64,000 nucleotides of DNA from Candidatus Woesebacteria bacterium GW2011_GWB1_39_12 (GCA_000993405.1 LBWB01000005.1:3698-67697); one strand, 5' to 3'. Counted from the first letter of the stretch, positions 44,357 to 53,437 are shown. A program made the numbers and translations. Notes: generated from the sequence alone by a model not told the origin.

Positions 44357-44623
44357 TTGATAACTATCACTATGACGCAGCAAGAACTAAACAACGATTA
44401 CTATTCAACCAACGACCTTTCTTTGGCTACCACCCTCTCCCTTTGGTGTCCTATTGAAGATATTGACCGTTCTAATCCCCGCAAGGCATTTTTTATCTTC
44501 CGAAAAACTTCTGAACTGGAAAAGCTAATTGACCAGTATTTCCGAAACGAAATCAAGATTTCACCGCAAGTTTATTTCAACCAGTTGCGGGTTATTAAAG
44601 CTCGGCTCTATGCCAACGAATAA
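44357..44623 (+). CDS. Small protein resembling the DUF5659 family
   Basis: 88 aa. YSTNDLSLATTLSLWCPIEDIDRSNPRKAFFIFRKTSELEKLIDQYFRNEIKISPQVYFNQLRVIKARLY matches the S-T-x-D-L-x-L-A pattern and length of DUF5659-type proteins. Confidence 0.4.
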   Translation: MITITMTQQELNNDYYSTNDLSLATTLSLWCPIEDIDRSNPRKAFFIFRKTSELEKLIDQYFRNEIKISPQVYFNQLRVIKARLYANE

Positions 44624-44779
44624 CTATGATAAGCAGAAACCTATTATTAGAACTAAAACAAATTTTAGAAGAAGATTTCAACTTAAAGTTAAGTTTGGAG
44701 CAAGTGATGGAAATAGGCACGATTTTATTGGCATATGTCGAAACTTTATTAAAAATCGAATCAGCTAGTAAAGGAGGGG

Positions 44780-45025
44780 TTGAACATGCTTGATAAAGAT
44801 ATAGAAAAACTAAATTCACAAACAGTCAACAAAGACGACCATATCATAGTTGCAGTTCGAAGACTATATATTCAAGAGTTTGTAGAGGCTAACTATGGGA
44901 GGGAGCTAACTGAGGCAGAGTTGGAAGAATTAACCTGGTTAGTTTGGGAAAACGATTGGGAGTTAATGCAGTGGCTCGACAAGGCAATAAGGCAAATTAT
45001 CGAGGAGGCAAAACAGAAAAAGTAA
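44780..45025 (+). CDS. Hypothetical small acidic protein
   Basis: 81 aa. RBS-like AAGGAGGGG upstream. Confidence 0.5.
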   Translation: MNMLDKDIEKLNSQTVNKDDHIIVAVRRLYIQEFVEANYGRELTEAELEELTWLVWENDWELMQWLDKAIRQIIEEAKQKK

Positions 45026-45040
45026 AAAATAAGAATAACT

Positions 45041-45394
45041 ATGACAATCACTATTAACGACATAACAGCCAAAATCAAATTATTAAAATCAGAAACCATT
45101 CTTGCTCAGGCAACGCTTGTCCTCTTCGATGTTTGGAAAGAGCATGGCTGGAAAGTTTTGAGGTCAGATAGACTGCACCCAAAGTTCCAAGAGCCGATCT
45201 GGTTTCAAGCTCCTAGTTATAAATTTTTAGGCAAGTGGAACGAGATTGTTTTTATAGACAACAGCAAGTTGTTTGATGAAGTCATCGAAAAAATATATGA
45301 CGCTTATTGCCTCGCTAGGAGTAAAAACCCTAACCAGGGCAAGGAGGACGAAATCGTAACTGAGGAGGTAAATATAGATGACATTAACTTATAA
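45041..45394 (+). CDS. Hypothetical protein
   Basis: 117 aa. Confidence 0.45.
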   Translation: MTITINDITAKIKLLKSETILAQATLVLFDVWKEHGWKVLRSDRLHPKFQEPIWFQAPSYKFLGKWNEIVFIDNSKLFDEVIEKIYDAYCLARSKNPNQGKEDEIVTEEVNIDDINL

Positions 45395-45498
45395 AACCAA
45401 TAGTAACTATATAGGGACTTATAAAGGGATTTTTACAGTAACAGTTTTTCCCTTTAAGAGGAAATGTATTTATATAAGTTACTATAACTAATTTAACT

Positions 45499-46071
45499 AT
45501 GAATATCGTTACATCAAAAATACCAGGAGAACGAGCAAAACAATACGCCGCTTGGCTTCTGTATTGTGAAGTTGGAAGCCTCGAAAAAACGCTCAAAGTG
45601 TGGGAAAGAATTCAAGGACAGAATGATACCGAAATGATACCAATTTTGGGAGTTTACATGGGTAAACCTGTTGGTCTGGCAACCCTCAAGCGTTGGTCTA
45701 GCCGCTACAACTGGAAAGAGCGGACTGAGCTGAAAAACACCGAAGATCTGGAAGATATGAGATTTCAATTTAAGAAAATAAAACAAACGAGAGCGTATAA
45801 AATTGCCATTTTATTAGACAGGGTTCTTGACAGATTGAGTCGGCAGCTGGATCAAGGAATGTATGTCAGCACAAGAGATCTTTATACCCTTTGGAAGATG
45901 CACCGAGTCGAAGAAGGATTGAGTATCGGAAACTACCAGGTTATTACTTATCAGCAACCACCCGCAGAACCAAAAAGTCCTGAAGAAATAGAACTAGATA
46001 AGCAAATAGAAGAAGCGGTTGATCAATTCCATAAAAATAAACATAAGGATGATCAGCCTACCATTACTTGA
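45499..46071 (+). CDS. Hypothetical protein (possible HTH-containing element protein)
   Basis: 190 aa. Immediately upstream of the recombinase. Confidence 0.45.
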   Translation: MNIVTSKIPGERAKQYAAWLLYCEVGSLEKTLKVWERIQGQNDTEMIPILGVYMGKPVGLATLKRWSSRYNWKERTELKNTEDLEDMRFQFKKIKQTRAYKIAILLDRVLDRLSRQLDQGMYVSTRDLYTLWKMHRVEEGLSIGNYQVITYQQPPAEPKSPEEIELDKQIEEAVDQFHKNKHKDDQPTIT

Positions 46072-46117
46072 TATTGCCAAACAATTTGTTTATGTTCTGT
46101 GTTGAACAAAAATTATT

Positions 46118-47704
46118 ATGAAAACTGCCATATTCTGCCGAGTAAGCAGTAAAGAACAGGAAGAAACAGGCTACTCCCTGCCAGCGCAGGAGAAATTCTT
46201 ACGAGAGTATGCCGACAAACAAGGCTTAGAAGTCGCCAAGGTCTTCGCCGTTTCAGAGTCTGCAGCAGGCAAGGTCCAAAGGAAGATCTTTATTGAGATG
46301 ATTGCTTATGTCCGCAAGCACGACATCCCCACAATTATTGTAGAAACAACTGACCGTCTAACCAGGAACTTTGCCGATGTTCCCACTATCGACTTATGGA
46401 TTACTGAGAACGAGGATCATCAAGTCCACCTGGCAAAAGAAGGCTGCATTCTCCACAACACCTCCCGCTCCCACGAGTGGTTTATGTGGCGGGTAAAGGT
46501 GGCAACCGCTGAATACTATGTCCGACTCCTCTCGGAAAATGTAAAGAAGGGGCAAAAGGAAAAGATCGCCCAGGGATGGTTACCAACCAAACCGCCTAAT
46601 GGCTATAAAACCATCGGAGATACAGGACACAAAATCCATGTTGTTGACGAAGATACCGCGCCCTTTGTGAGGAAAATGTTTGATCTGTATATTACAGGCA
46701 ATTATTCAATCAAACGGCTCTCCAAAAAGATGTATGCCGAAGGGATGCGATCCCAATTGGGGCATAAACTCCCGCATAGTCGCATTCACACCTTGTTGCG
46801 CGATCCTTTTTATATCGGCAAAATGAGATGGCAAGATAACATTTATGAGGGTAAACAGCAGCCGTTAATCACCGTCGAGCAATTTAATAAAGTCCAGACC
46901 ATGCTTAAAAGCAGAACTACCCCTAAATACCGCAAGCATAACTTCCTCTTCCGAGGTCTGATCAAATGCGCTGGCTGCCACAACTCAATTACTTTTGAAA
47001 CGGCTAAGGGTCATATTTACGGTCACTGCAACCATTATCACGAATGCCCACAAACAACCTGGGTTAAGGAATACGAAGTCGAAGACCAGCTTTTAGAAGG
47101 GTTTGAAACCTTAAAAATCAAAAACAGCCGTATAGTCGGATGGCTGAAGAAGGCACTCAAGGAAAGTCACCAGGACGAGATCGAATACCACAACAACACC
47201 GTAGGCGAACTTGAAACCCGCTACGAGGCGGTTCAGAAGCGGATGGACAAGTTATACGACGACAAGCTAGACGAAAAGATTGCTCCAGAGTTCTACAACA
47301 GGAAATTCAAACAGTATTCAGACGAGAAAGATGAAATAACGGAATCGATAAAGAAACACGCCCAGGCAAGCACAGGCTACATTAACTTAGGGGTGAATAT
47401 CTATGAACTCTCCCAAAGAGCCAAAGAACTATACCTGAAAGCCAAGGCTAAAGGCATGATAGACGAGCAAAGAGCCTTAATCCGATTTATCTTTGCCACC
47501 TTAACGGTTGATGGGGAAAAATTAAGCTACACCTATTCCAAGACCTTCAAAATCCTCTCCGAGGCAGTCGCAGAAACAAATGGTCCGAAAGTGGGAAAAA
47601 TTGACGACTTAGAAAATGGAAAATTCGAACTTACAAAAAAGCCCGACAATTCAACACAAAAGGACGCTTTGTTGCCTCTGCGTCCCATCTGGCTCCTCGG
47701 GTAG
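46118..47704 (+). CDS. Large serine recombinase (resolvase-family catalytic domain, recombinase domain, zinc ribbon)
   Basis: 528 aa. MKTAIFCRVSSKEQ (catalytic Ser). Recombinase-domain core. CAGCHNSITFE...HCNHYHEC zinc ribbon. C-terminal coiled coil. The last 15 nt overlap the 3' end of tRNA-Asn on the opposite strand. Confidence 0.85.
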   Translation: MKTAIFCRVSSKEQEETGYSLPAQEKFLREYADKQGLEVAKVFAVSESAAGKVQRKIFIEMIAYVRKHDIPTIIVETTDRLTRNFADVPTIDLWITENEDHQVHLAKEGCILHNTSRSHEWFMWRVKVATAEYYVRLLSENVKKGQKEKIAQGWLPTKPPNGYKTIGDTGHKIHVVDEDTAPFVRKMFDLYITGNYSIKRLSKKMYAEGMRSQLGHKLPHSRIHTLLRDPFYIGKMRWQDNIYEGKQQPLITVEQFNKVQTMLKSRTTPKYRKHNFLFRGLIKCAGCHNSITFETAKGHIYGHCNHYHECPQTTWVKEYEVEDQLLEGFETLKIKNSRIVGWLKKALKESHQDEIEYHNNTVGELETRYEAVQKRMDKLYDDKLDEKIAPEFYNRKFKQYSDEKDEITESIKKHAQASTGYINLGVNIYELSQRAKELYLKAKAKGMIDEQRALIRFIFATLTVDGEKLSYTYSKTFKILSEAVAETNGPKVGKIDDLENGKFELTKKPDNSTQKDALLPLRPIWLLG

Positions 47705-47764
47705 GATTCGAACCTACGACCTTTCCCTTAACAGGGGACCGCGCTACCACTGCGCCACCGAGGA
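47690..47764 (-). tRNA. tRNA-Asn (anticodon GTT)
   Basis: Reverse complement TCCTCGGTGGCGCAGTGGTAGCGCGGTCCCCTGTTAAGGGAAAGGTCGTAGGTTCGAATCCTACCCGAGGAGCCA. Canonical cloverleaf, anticodon loop CTGTTAA, CCA encoded. Confidence 0.85.
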
Positions 47765-47798
47765 ATGATTTTAAAGCAGTGACATTATAGCAAAGAAT

Positions 47799-48113
47799 TT
47801 AGCCTCTGGGTAGCTTGATTAAACCTGCGTGAATTTCTCTATGGCAGTTTGCACAAACTAATAAACATTTGTGTATTTCCTTAACTATCATCTTCCAACT
47901 TTTTGTCATATCCCTGACATTTAAGGCAAATAGCTTTTTCTTTTCATTAATATGATGAAAATCGAGTGCGCCGGAATATTTTTTGTAACCACAAACTTGA
48001 CATTCTCCACCACCTTCCTGAACGGCTAATTCCTTGAGATGCCTTCTTCTTTTAGCTACTGCATCTGCTAAATACCTTGCTCGATCTCTATACTTTCGGG
48101 TATCTTTTGCCAC
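47799..48113 (-). CDS. HNH endonuclease
   Basis: 104 aa. CQVCGY...LDFHHINEKK...LVCANCHREIH, an HNH motif with two Cys pairs. Confidence 0.75.
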   Translation of the reverse strand: MAKDTRKYRDRARYLADAVAKRRRHLKELAVQEGGGECQVCGYKKYSGALDFHHINEKKKLFALNVRDMTKSWKMIVKEIHKCLLVCANCHREIHAGLIKLPRG

Positions 48114-48154
48114 AATTCAGTATTAACCAAATTAAACCCGAAGTCAAGTAGAAT

Positions 48155-48775
48155 TTACCCACTGAAGTCTTGACGCGGCAACATACTCTGGGTATTTAAC
48201 TTGTTTCCAAATTGGTATTTTTTATTTAAAGATATGGCTAATTCTGTTATTGTGAAACCGAGAGGTATGAAGATAAGGGTACTTGCTAATTGATTTTTCA
48301 AGAAAGGTAGTGCGTAAAAATAAGACATTAAAAGCCCTGCCAAATTTTTAGCGTACATATTTCCAAGAAGCCAGACGCCGAAATTAGTCCAGAGGTAGAA
48401 AAAAATATTTGCGGAAAATCCGATAGAGGTTAGCGAAAAAATATTAGATATTTTTTCGGTGATTGGTGATCTGTGATTGGTGATTAGTTTTTTTAAGATA
48501 GAACTTGCTAAAAAAGCAGGGATTAGAAAACCGCTCCAAGTGAAAAGAAAGATGTTTGAATTTCCGATAACCAGGTCTGAGAGGGAAATAATTGCAAAAG
48601 TTAACCAGAAAGATTCTTTCTTGCCAAAATAGAACGACGATAAGATCATGGTCGCGGTTATTAATTCAACATTTGGTCCCAGGTCGAAAGCGATTCTTTC
48701 GGAGATAGCGATAAGAAATAAAAGAGTAAGTACTAAGTATTTTGTATTAAGTATTTTGTATATAGGATTTTTCAT
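48155..48775 (-). CDS. Polytopic membrane protein, possible ECF-transporter S-component-like
   Basis: 206 aa with 5-6 TM helices. Translationally coupled to the upstream DUF4430-like gene by a 4-nt overlap. Contains a tgattgg-type heptamer repeat at 48460-48487. Confidence 0.4.
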   Translation of the reverse strand: MKNPIYKILNTKYLVLTLLFLIAISERIAFDLGPNVELITATMILSSFYFGKKESFWLTFAIISLSDLVIGNSNIFLFTWSGFLIPAFLASSILKKLITNHRSPITEKISNIFSLTSIGFSANIFFYLWTNFGVWLLGNMYAKNLAGLLMSYFYALPFLKNQLASTLIFIPLGFTITELAISLNKKYQFGNKLNTQSMLPRQDFSG

Positions 48776-49200
48776 TCAGGTTTGATATATTGCCACTCAA
48801 CAACGTCACCAGGTTTTAATTTATAAAGGTCCGCCGCGACAGTTCCTGATTCTCCATTTATAAAATAAATCCAGGCTTTCTCAGCGGAAGATTCGTAACC
48901 GTTAATTGATTTTACGAATATTCCAAAGTCATACTGCTCGGTAACAAGGGCTATGTTCTCCTTTTCAGATATGGTTTTTAGTAGGCTGAAGGCGGTTAAG
49001 TCTTGGGGCGCATCTAATTCGTAATTTGAAGCATTATTTTCTCCATAGTCGATTGTCAATTTTGCATTCTGTAAATTTACTTCAGGCGTAGGAGAAATCT
49101 CTGGTGTTTTGATTGGCTGAGATTTGGGAGTTAAAAGCAAAAAAGCAGATATGATTACGCCTGCGGAAGCTAGAATGAAAAGGAAGAATTTCTTGTTCAT
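48772..49200 (-). CDS. DUF4430-like secreted protein
   Basis: 142 aa. Signal peptide. ...FGIFVKSINGYESSAEKAWIYFINGESGTVAADLYKLKPGDVVEWQYIKPE matches the DUF4430 C-terminal pattern (W.Y.VNG......G......L..GD.V.W.Y). Confidence 0.55.
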   Translation of the reverse strand: MNKKFFLFILASAGVIISAFLLLTPKSQPIKTPEISPTPEVNLQNAKLTIDYGENNASNYELDAPQDLTAFSLLKTISEKENIALVTEQYDFGIFVKSINGYESSAEKAWIYFINGESGTVAADLYKLKPGDVVEWQYIKPE

Positions 49201-49239
49201 GGTTTTTTCCTACCTCGGGATACTTCAAAGCCGCTAGTT

Positions 49240-49330
49240 TTCCGACTATACGGTTGCGGTACAGTGCCGGAATTCCCGCCTCGACTCGCGTTAATTGTCG
49301 ACGCGAGGCAGGTCACCGGACTTCCTTTAA
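49240..49330 (-). promoter_or_regulatory. GC-rich structured leader upstream of the DUF4430-ECF-S-like operon; candidate riboswitch-like element
   Basis: ggttgcggtacagtgccggaattcccgcctcgactcgcgttaattgtcgacgcgaggcaggtcaccggacttcc stands out against the AT-rich background and has multiple stem-forming segments (GCCTCG...CGAGGC, TCGCG...CGCGA). The minus-strand transcript contains AGTCCGGTGACCTGCC and GGGAATTCCGGCACTGT, which loosely resemble cobalamin-riboswitch blocks but in non-canonical order. Confidence 0.3.
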
Positions 49331-49405
49331 CACGGTTTTGTTTATTTACAATAGTTACCTCTTGATAAAATTGCAAGCACTATTTTTGTGTTATTATGAA
49401 TTTAT

Positions 49406-49927
49406 ATGCTCGAAAAAGTTTTGCATGCCAGAGGTTCATATCTAAGAGACGCCGTTTTTTCTGCAAGTGACGGGGTTATTACCACTTTTGCTGTTGTTGC
49501 AGGATCAACCGGGGCAGCGCTTGGTGCAAATGTTGTCATTATTTTGGGTTTTGCTAACCTTTTGGCTGATGGTTTTTCGATGGCCTCAGGGACCTATCTC
49601 GGAGTCAAAAGTGAAATAGAATTTGAAAAGGCAGAAGGCGATAAACACGCATCCGAAGCAAGTCCTTTTAAACAAGGGTTGGTTACTTTTTTATCTTTTA
49701 ACTTTGCAGGCCTTATTCCTCTTTTTCCTTACATTCTCAATATTAGGCCCCGTTTTTATACTTCACTTTTTTTGGTATTTTTTGCCATGTTTGTAATAGG
49801 GGCTATAAAAGGTAAATATACAAGGAAGAGTAGGGTTCGTTCTGGGGTCGAAATGCTTTTGATAGGGGGTTTTGCTGCTTTTGTTGCTTATGGGGTTGGG
49901 TTTTTGATTGACAGATACATGATCTAA
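49406..49927 (+). CDS. VIT1/CCC1-family (DUF125) iron/manganese transporter-like membrane protein
   Basis: 173 aa. FSASDGVITTFAVVAGSTGAALG...LADGFSMASGTYLGVKSE matches VIT-family signatures. Confidence 0.75.
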   Translation: MLEKVLHARGSYLRDAVFSASDGVITTFAVVAGSTGAALGANVVIILGFANLLADGFSMASGTYLGVKSEIEFEKAEGDKHASEASPFKQGLVTFLSFNFAGLIPLFPYILNIRPRFYTSLFLVFFAMFVIGAIKGKYTRKSRVRSGVEMLLIGGFAAFVAYGVGFLIDRYMI

Positions 49928-49953
49928 AAGGGTACTCGAGGAGGTGAGATATT

Positions 49954-50128
49954 TATGAGTAGTAAGGATGTAAAGATGTATTCACAGGTTTTAATGGGTG
50001 GAGCGGTTGTTGCGATTTTCCTTTCAGCCCTGGGCTACATGGGAACCGATATATGGCTTGCTTCAACCCAGTGGCTTCTGGTTGCCGCGGTTCTTGCGCT
50101 TTTTGGAGTTTATTTAAAAATGAAATAA
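49954..50128 (+). CDS. Small membrane protein (~57 aa), not in the ORF track
   Basis: SD GAGGAGGTGA before ATG. MSSKDVKMYSQVLMGGAVVAIFLSALGYMGTDIWLASTQWLLVAAVLALFGVYLKMK has two TM helices. End coordinate approximate. Confidence 0.45.
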
Positions 50129-50223
50129 GTACGGATTAAAGTGGGTACGGAAATTGTGCGGAGAATATGCGGGAATATTGATTGGGTTTGACACATAGTA
50201 ATAAAAGTGCTATTTTATTTTCA

Positions 50224-50721
50224 ATGAAAAGAAGGGATATAGTAATAGGGATTTTGATTTTAGTAATAGTTGCAGGGGTAATTTACTGGAGGCAAAGAAC
50301 CAGTCCCAGCGAAGAAATGAGAGTCCCTGAAACTTTGTCCTTGGAGGATACTCTTGAGGAAAAGTTTAAAATAGAAATACCCGAAGACGTTGACAAGGCA
50401 GAACTAAAAGACGTCACAGGAGGAAGTGCTTCGGCAATTGCCATAAGGAAATTTGAAAACAATAAATTCACCCACAGTATTTTGGCAGATTTACCCGATC
50501 CAGAAGCCGGTTCCTTTTATGAGGGATGGCTGGTGAGAGGAGAAGAAGGATCAGACAACTTTTCTTCTTTTTCAAGCGGCAGAATGAGACTTGCAAAAGG
50601 CGGTTGGATGCTTGAATTTGAATCATCTACCGACTATTCCGACTACAACAAAGTTGTTGTAACTAGCGAAAAAGTTGCAGACAAAACCCCGGAAAAGCAC
50701 ATCCTGGAAGGTAGTTTCTAA
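50224..50721 (+). CDS. Membrane-anchored extracytoplasmic hypothetical protein
   Basis: ORF 50182..50721. The likely start is MKRRDIVIGILILVIVAGVIYW (ATG at 50224). Confidence 0.5.
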   Translation: MKRRDIVIGILILVIVAGVIYWRQRTSPSEEMRVPETLSLEDTLEEKFKIEIPEDVDKAELKDVTGGSASAIAIRKFENNKFTHSILADLPDPEAGSFYEGWLVRGEEGSDNFSSFSSGRMRLAKGGWMLEFESSTDYSDYNKVVVTSEKVADKTPEKHILEGSF

Positions 50722-50782
50722 GTTTTTCTTCAATTATTTCTTTTTGTGGTCTGGGAGATTTGTTTATGATATCCTATTCTGG

Positions 50783-51511
50783 ATGAAGAGTTTAACAGCC
50801 AGTTTTATTATCGGTCTTTTTATTTTGTTATTATCATCATCTAATGCGAACGCTTCATTATTGGTAGTTAAAAAGGACGGAGAAGTCACCTGGAATGTAC
50901 TTTCGGAAGAGGATACTGCTCTTGGCATACCCACTCATTCTTATTTGGAGGTAAAGAAGGCGGGGGAGGTAACACCTTCCTCTACGTCAGTAATAACTCT
51001 TAGCAAAAAGAACGATAAAATTAGTCTTTTTGTGGACTCCGGCAATGAAAAGAGGGAACTCGACGTCACAAATTGGCAGGAAGACCTTTTGGAAATTGAA
51101 GAAAGAGCAGAAGTTCAAAAATTAAAAATTAATTTAAATGAAGGGAAATTTAGTCTTGAACAAAAAGGTATTATCGCAGTAACAGATTATCCCTTGACCA
51201 TTGATTCAAAGAGTGCAGAACTTTCTCTGGTTACACCAAGCGGAGAACGATTTGTTTCTATCTTTCCGCTTGAGGCGGTCGAGGCCGTATTACGAACAAA
51301 ACTGATAACCAAAGCCGTCAATCCCAAAATCGAAATAGTAGAAAAGGAAAGGGAGTTACAGTATATAATTTCCGGGGAAAAGGTCTTTAATATTTTAGGG
51401 ATTTATGAATACTCTATTCCGATAACTTCGTATATTTCAGCTTCAACCGGAGAAATTTTATCTGTTGATTCGCCAACTTGGTTTAAATATGTAAAATTTT
51501 TATTTGTATAG
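50783..51511 (+). CDS. Secreted hypothetical protein
   Basis: ORF 50675..51511. The likely start is ATG at 50783 (MKSLTASFIIGLFILLLSSSNANA, signal peptide). Confidence 0.5.
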   Translation: MKSLTASFIIGLFILLLSSSNANASLLVVKKDGEVTWNVLSEEDTALGIPTHSYLEVKKAGEVTPSSTSVITLSKKNDKISLFVDSGNEKRELDVTNWQEDLLEIEERAEVQKLKINLNEGKFSLEQKGIIAVTDYPLTIDSKSAELSLVTPSGERFVSIFPLEAVEAVLRTKLITKAVNPKIEIVEKERELQYIISGEKVFNILGIYEYSIPITSYISASTGEILSVDSPTWFKYVKFLFV

Positions 51512-51514
51512 GGG

Positions 51515-52006
51515 GTGATTTGTTTGGAACAAGAAATACAAAAGTCTGCAGGCAGTAAAAAAGGTTTATTAATTGTGGTGGTTCTAGTAGTAGTTTTGGG
51601 TTTGGGTGGTTATTTAGTTTTGTCCGGTCAGAAAAAGACACAGGAGAATTCAAGCCCGGAAGTTACTGAAGGACAAGAAGGATTTGCGGCTACTTCCGAA
51701 GATTTGCAAAAATCTGGCGTCTCCGAGTCGGCAAGAGAAGTTAGTGTTGAGGGGAATGAATATTCTTTTTCTCCTGAATCACTTAGTTTAAATAAAGGTG
51801 AACGAGTCCGATTAACTTTCAAAAATACAGGAAAATTACCGCATAATCTAACGATAGAAGGGCTCGGAATTTCATCTAAAACAATTTCGGGAGGAGCGAG
51901 CGACACGATTGAATTTACGGCGACTGAGGCCGGGATCTTTAATTTTTACTGTTCTGTCGGAAATCACAGGGGTTTGGGAATGGAAGGGAGCTTGGAGGTG
52001 AAGTAA
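51515..52006 (+). CDS. Cupredoxin (plastocyanin/azurin-like blue copper protein), membrane-anchored
   Basis: GTG start. N-terminal TM. Type-1 copper ligand pattern LPHNLTIEGLG...FYCSVGNHRGLGM (His, Cys, His, Met). Confidence 0.75.
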   Translation: MICLEQEIQKSAGSKKGLLIVVVLVVVLGLGGYLVLSGQKKTQENSSPEVTEGQEGFAATSEDLQKSGVSESAREVSVEGNEYSFSPESLSLNKGERVRLTFKNTGKLPHNLTIEGLGISSKTISGGASDTIEFTATEAGIFNFYCSVGNHRGLGMEGSLEVK

Positions 52007-52008
52007 AG

Positions 52009-52257
52009 TTGCAAATAACTATTTACTCAACAACAACGTGTCCTTATTGTAAGATGCTCAAAGATTATTTGAGCGAAAAAAACTTTGCATTTACTGAAAA
52101 ATTGGTTGATCAGGACGACGCGGCTCGAGATGAAATGGCCGGAATCTCTGGAGGATTTCTGGGGGTTCCGTTTACTTTGGTTGTGAAGGATGATGGTTTA
52201 AAAGAAACAATAATAGGTTTTGACAAAAACAGACTGGATAAAGTTTTGGGAATATGA
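52009..52257 (+). CDS. Glutaredoxin/NrdH-like thioredoxin-fold protein
   Basis: 82 aa. IYSTTTCPYCKMLKDYL, a CPYC active site. Confidence 0.8.
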   Translation: MQITIYSTTTCPYCKMLKDYLSEKNFAFTEKLVDQDDAARDEMAGISGGFLGVPFTLVVKDDGLKETIIGFDKNRLDKVLGI

Positions 52258-52913
52258 TTTTTGTTAACTTCAAAACATACGAACAAGGAACCGGGGCAGA
52301 CGCAATAAGACTGGTCAAGATTTTGGAGGAAGTTGCCCACGCGTCCCAAATAAAGATTATTCCTGTTGTTCAGGCGGCTGATGTTCGAGAGATGGTTGCA
52401 ACGACCCAACTTGAGGTTTGGTCTCAGCATGTAGATCCGGTCGAATTCGGTGCTCATACAGGTTTTATCCTAGCCGAAGCCGTAGTTGAAGATGGGGCAA
52501 GTGGAACTTTTTTGAACCACTCTGAACACAAGTTTTCAGATTTTGGGACTCTTGAAAAAGCTCACGCAAGAGCCCTCGAAGTTGGATTAAAAACGCTTAT
52601 TTTCGCAGGAAATTTAAGTGAACTTAAACTTATTCTTAAACTTAATCCTACCTTCGCTTCTTATGAACCACCGGAATTGGTCGGAAGCAAGACAACTTCT
52701 GTTGCACAATCGAAACCTGAAGCGATAGCAGAGGCAGTCGAGATAACCAAAGCCAAGGGGTTGCCTCTTATAGTTGGAGCAGGAATAAAATCAAGAGAAG
52801 ATGTTAGAAAAAGTTTGGAGTTGGGGGCAGTTGGAGTGGCAGTTGCTTCTGATATTGTTACAGCCAAAGATCCGAAAGAAGAAATTTTGGATTTAGTAGA
52901 AGGATTTGAGTAA
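52254..52913 (+). CDS. tpiA: Triosephosphate isomerase, archaeal-type
   Basis: 219 aa. IFVNFKTYEQGTG...FLNHSEHKF...YEPPELVGSKTTSVAQSKPE...LIVGAGIKSREDV...LGAVGVAVAS aligns to the short archaeal-type TIM family (VNFKTY, NHSE, EPPELIG, GAGI). Confidence 0.7.
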   Translation: MIFVNFKTYEQGTGADAIRLVKILEEVAHASQIKIIPVVQAADVREMVATTQLEVWSQHVDPVEFGAHTGFILAEAVVEDGASGTFLNHSEHKFSDFGTLEKAHARALEVGLKTLIFAGNLSELKLILKLNPTFASYEPPELVGSKTTSVAQSKPEAIAEAVEITKAKGLPLIVGAGIKSREDVRKSLELGAVGVAVASDIVTAKDPKEEILDLVEGFE

Positions 52914-52983
52914 ATTAACATTGCTAGATGGCTAGATAGTTATATGGTTAAAAAGAGCTATCTAACCATTTAACTATTTAACC

Positions 52984-53436
52984 ATGATAATTTATCTTGG
53001 TTCTGATCACCGAGGGTTTGCCTTAAAGGAAAAAATTTCCAAATGGTTGTTTGAATGGGAATATAAATTTGAAGATATGGGGGCGGACCATTTGGATACA
53101 GAAGACAACTACACGATTTATGCTGAAAGAGTGGCATCAATGGTTGTAAGAGACAAAGATAAGGCAAGAGGTATTCTTCTTTGTGGGAGTGGTGTAGGAG
53201 TTGATGTTGTTGCGAATAAATTTGACGGGGTAAGAGCATCAATCGGAAAGAGCGTTGAACAAGTTAAGGCAGGCAGAAATGACGACGATATGAATGTCCT
53301 GGTTATTGCAGCGGATTATACGAAAGAAGAGGAAGTAAAAGAAATGCTGAAGGCGTTTTTGGAAACTGAATTTTCAGGCAAGACGAGATTTAAAAAGAGA
53401 CTTCAGGATATAGAAAAGATCGAAGCGAATAATTAA
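52984..53436 (+). CDS. rpiB: Ribose-5-phosphate isomerase B (RpiB/LacA/LacB family)
   Basis: 150 aa. IIYLGSDHRGFALKEKI...ILLCGSGVGVDVVANKFDGVRAS. Confidence 0.85.
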   Translation: MIIYLGSDHRGFALKEKISKWLFEWEYKFEDMGADHLDTEDNYTIYAERVASMVVRDKDKARGILLCGSGVGVDVVANKFDGVRASIGKSVEQVKAGRNDDDMNVLVIAADYTKEEEVKEMLKAFLETEFSGKTRFKKRLQDIEKIEANN

Positions 53437-53437
53437 T

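Noticed and set aside
49240-49330. Confident call of a canonical cobalamin riboswitch
   Set aside because: B12-box-like and core-like blocks are present but in the wrong relative order for RF00174. It is reported only as a candidate structured leader. The EcoRI/SalI/BstEII-like sites in this stretch were also considered as a hint of vector contamination, but no other vector-like sequence surrounds them.
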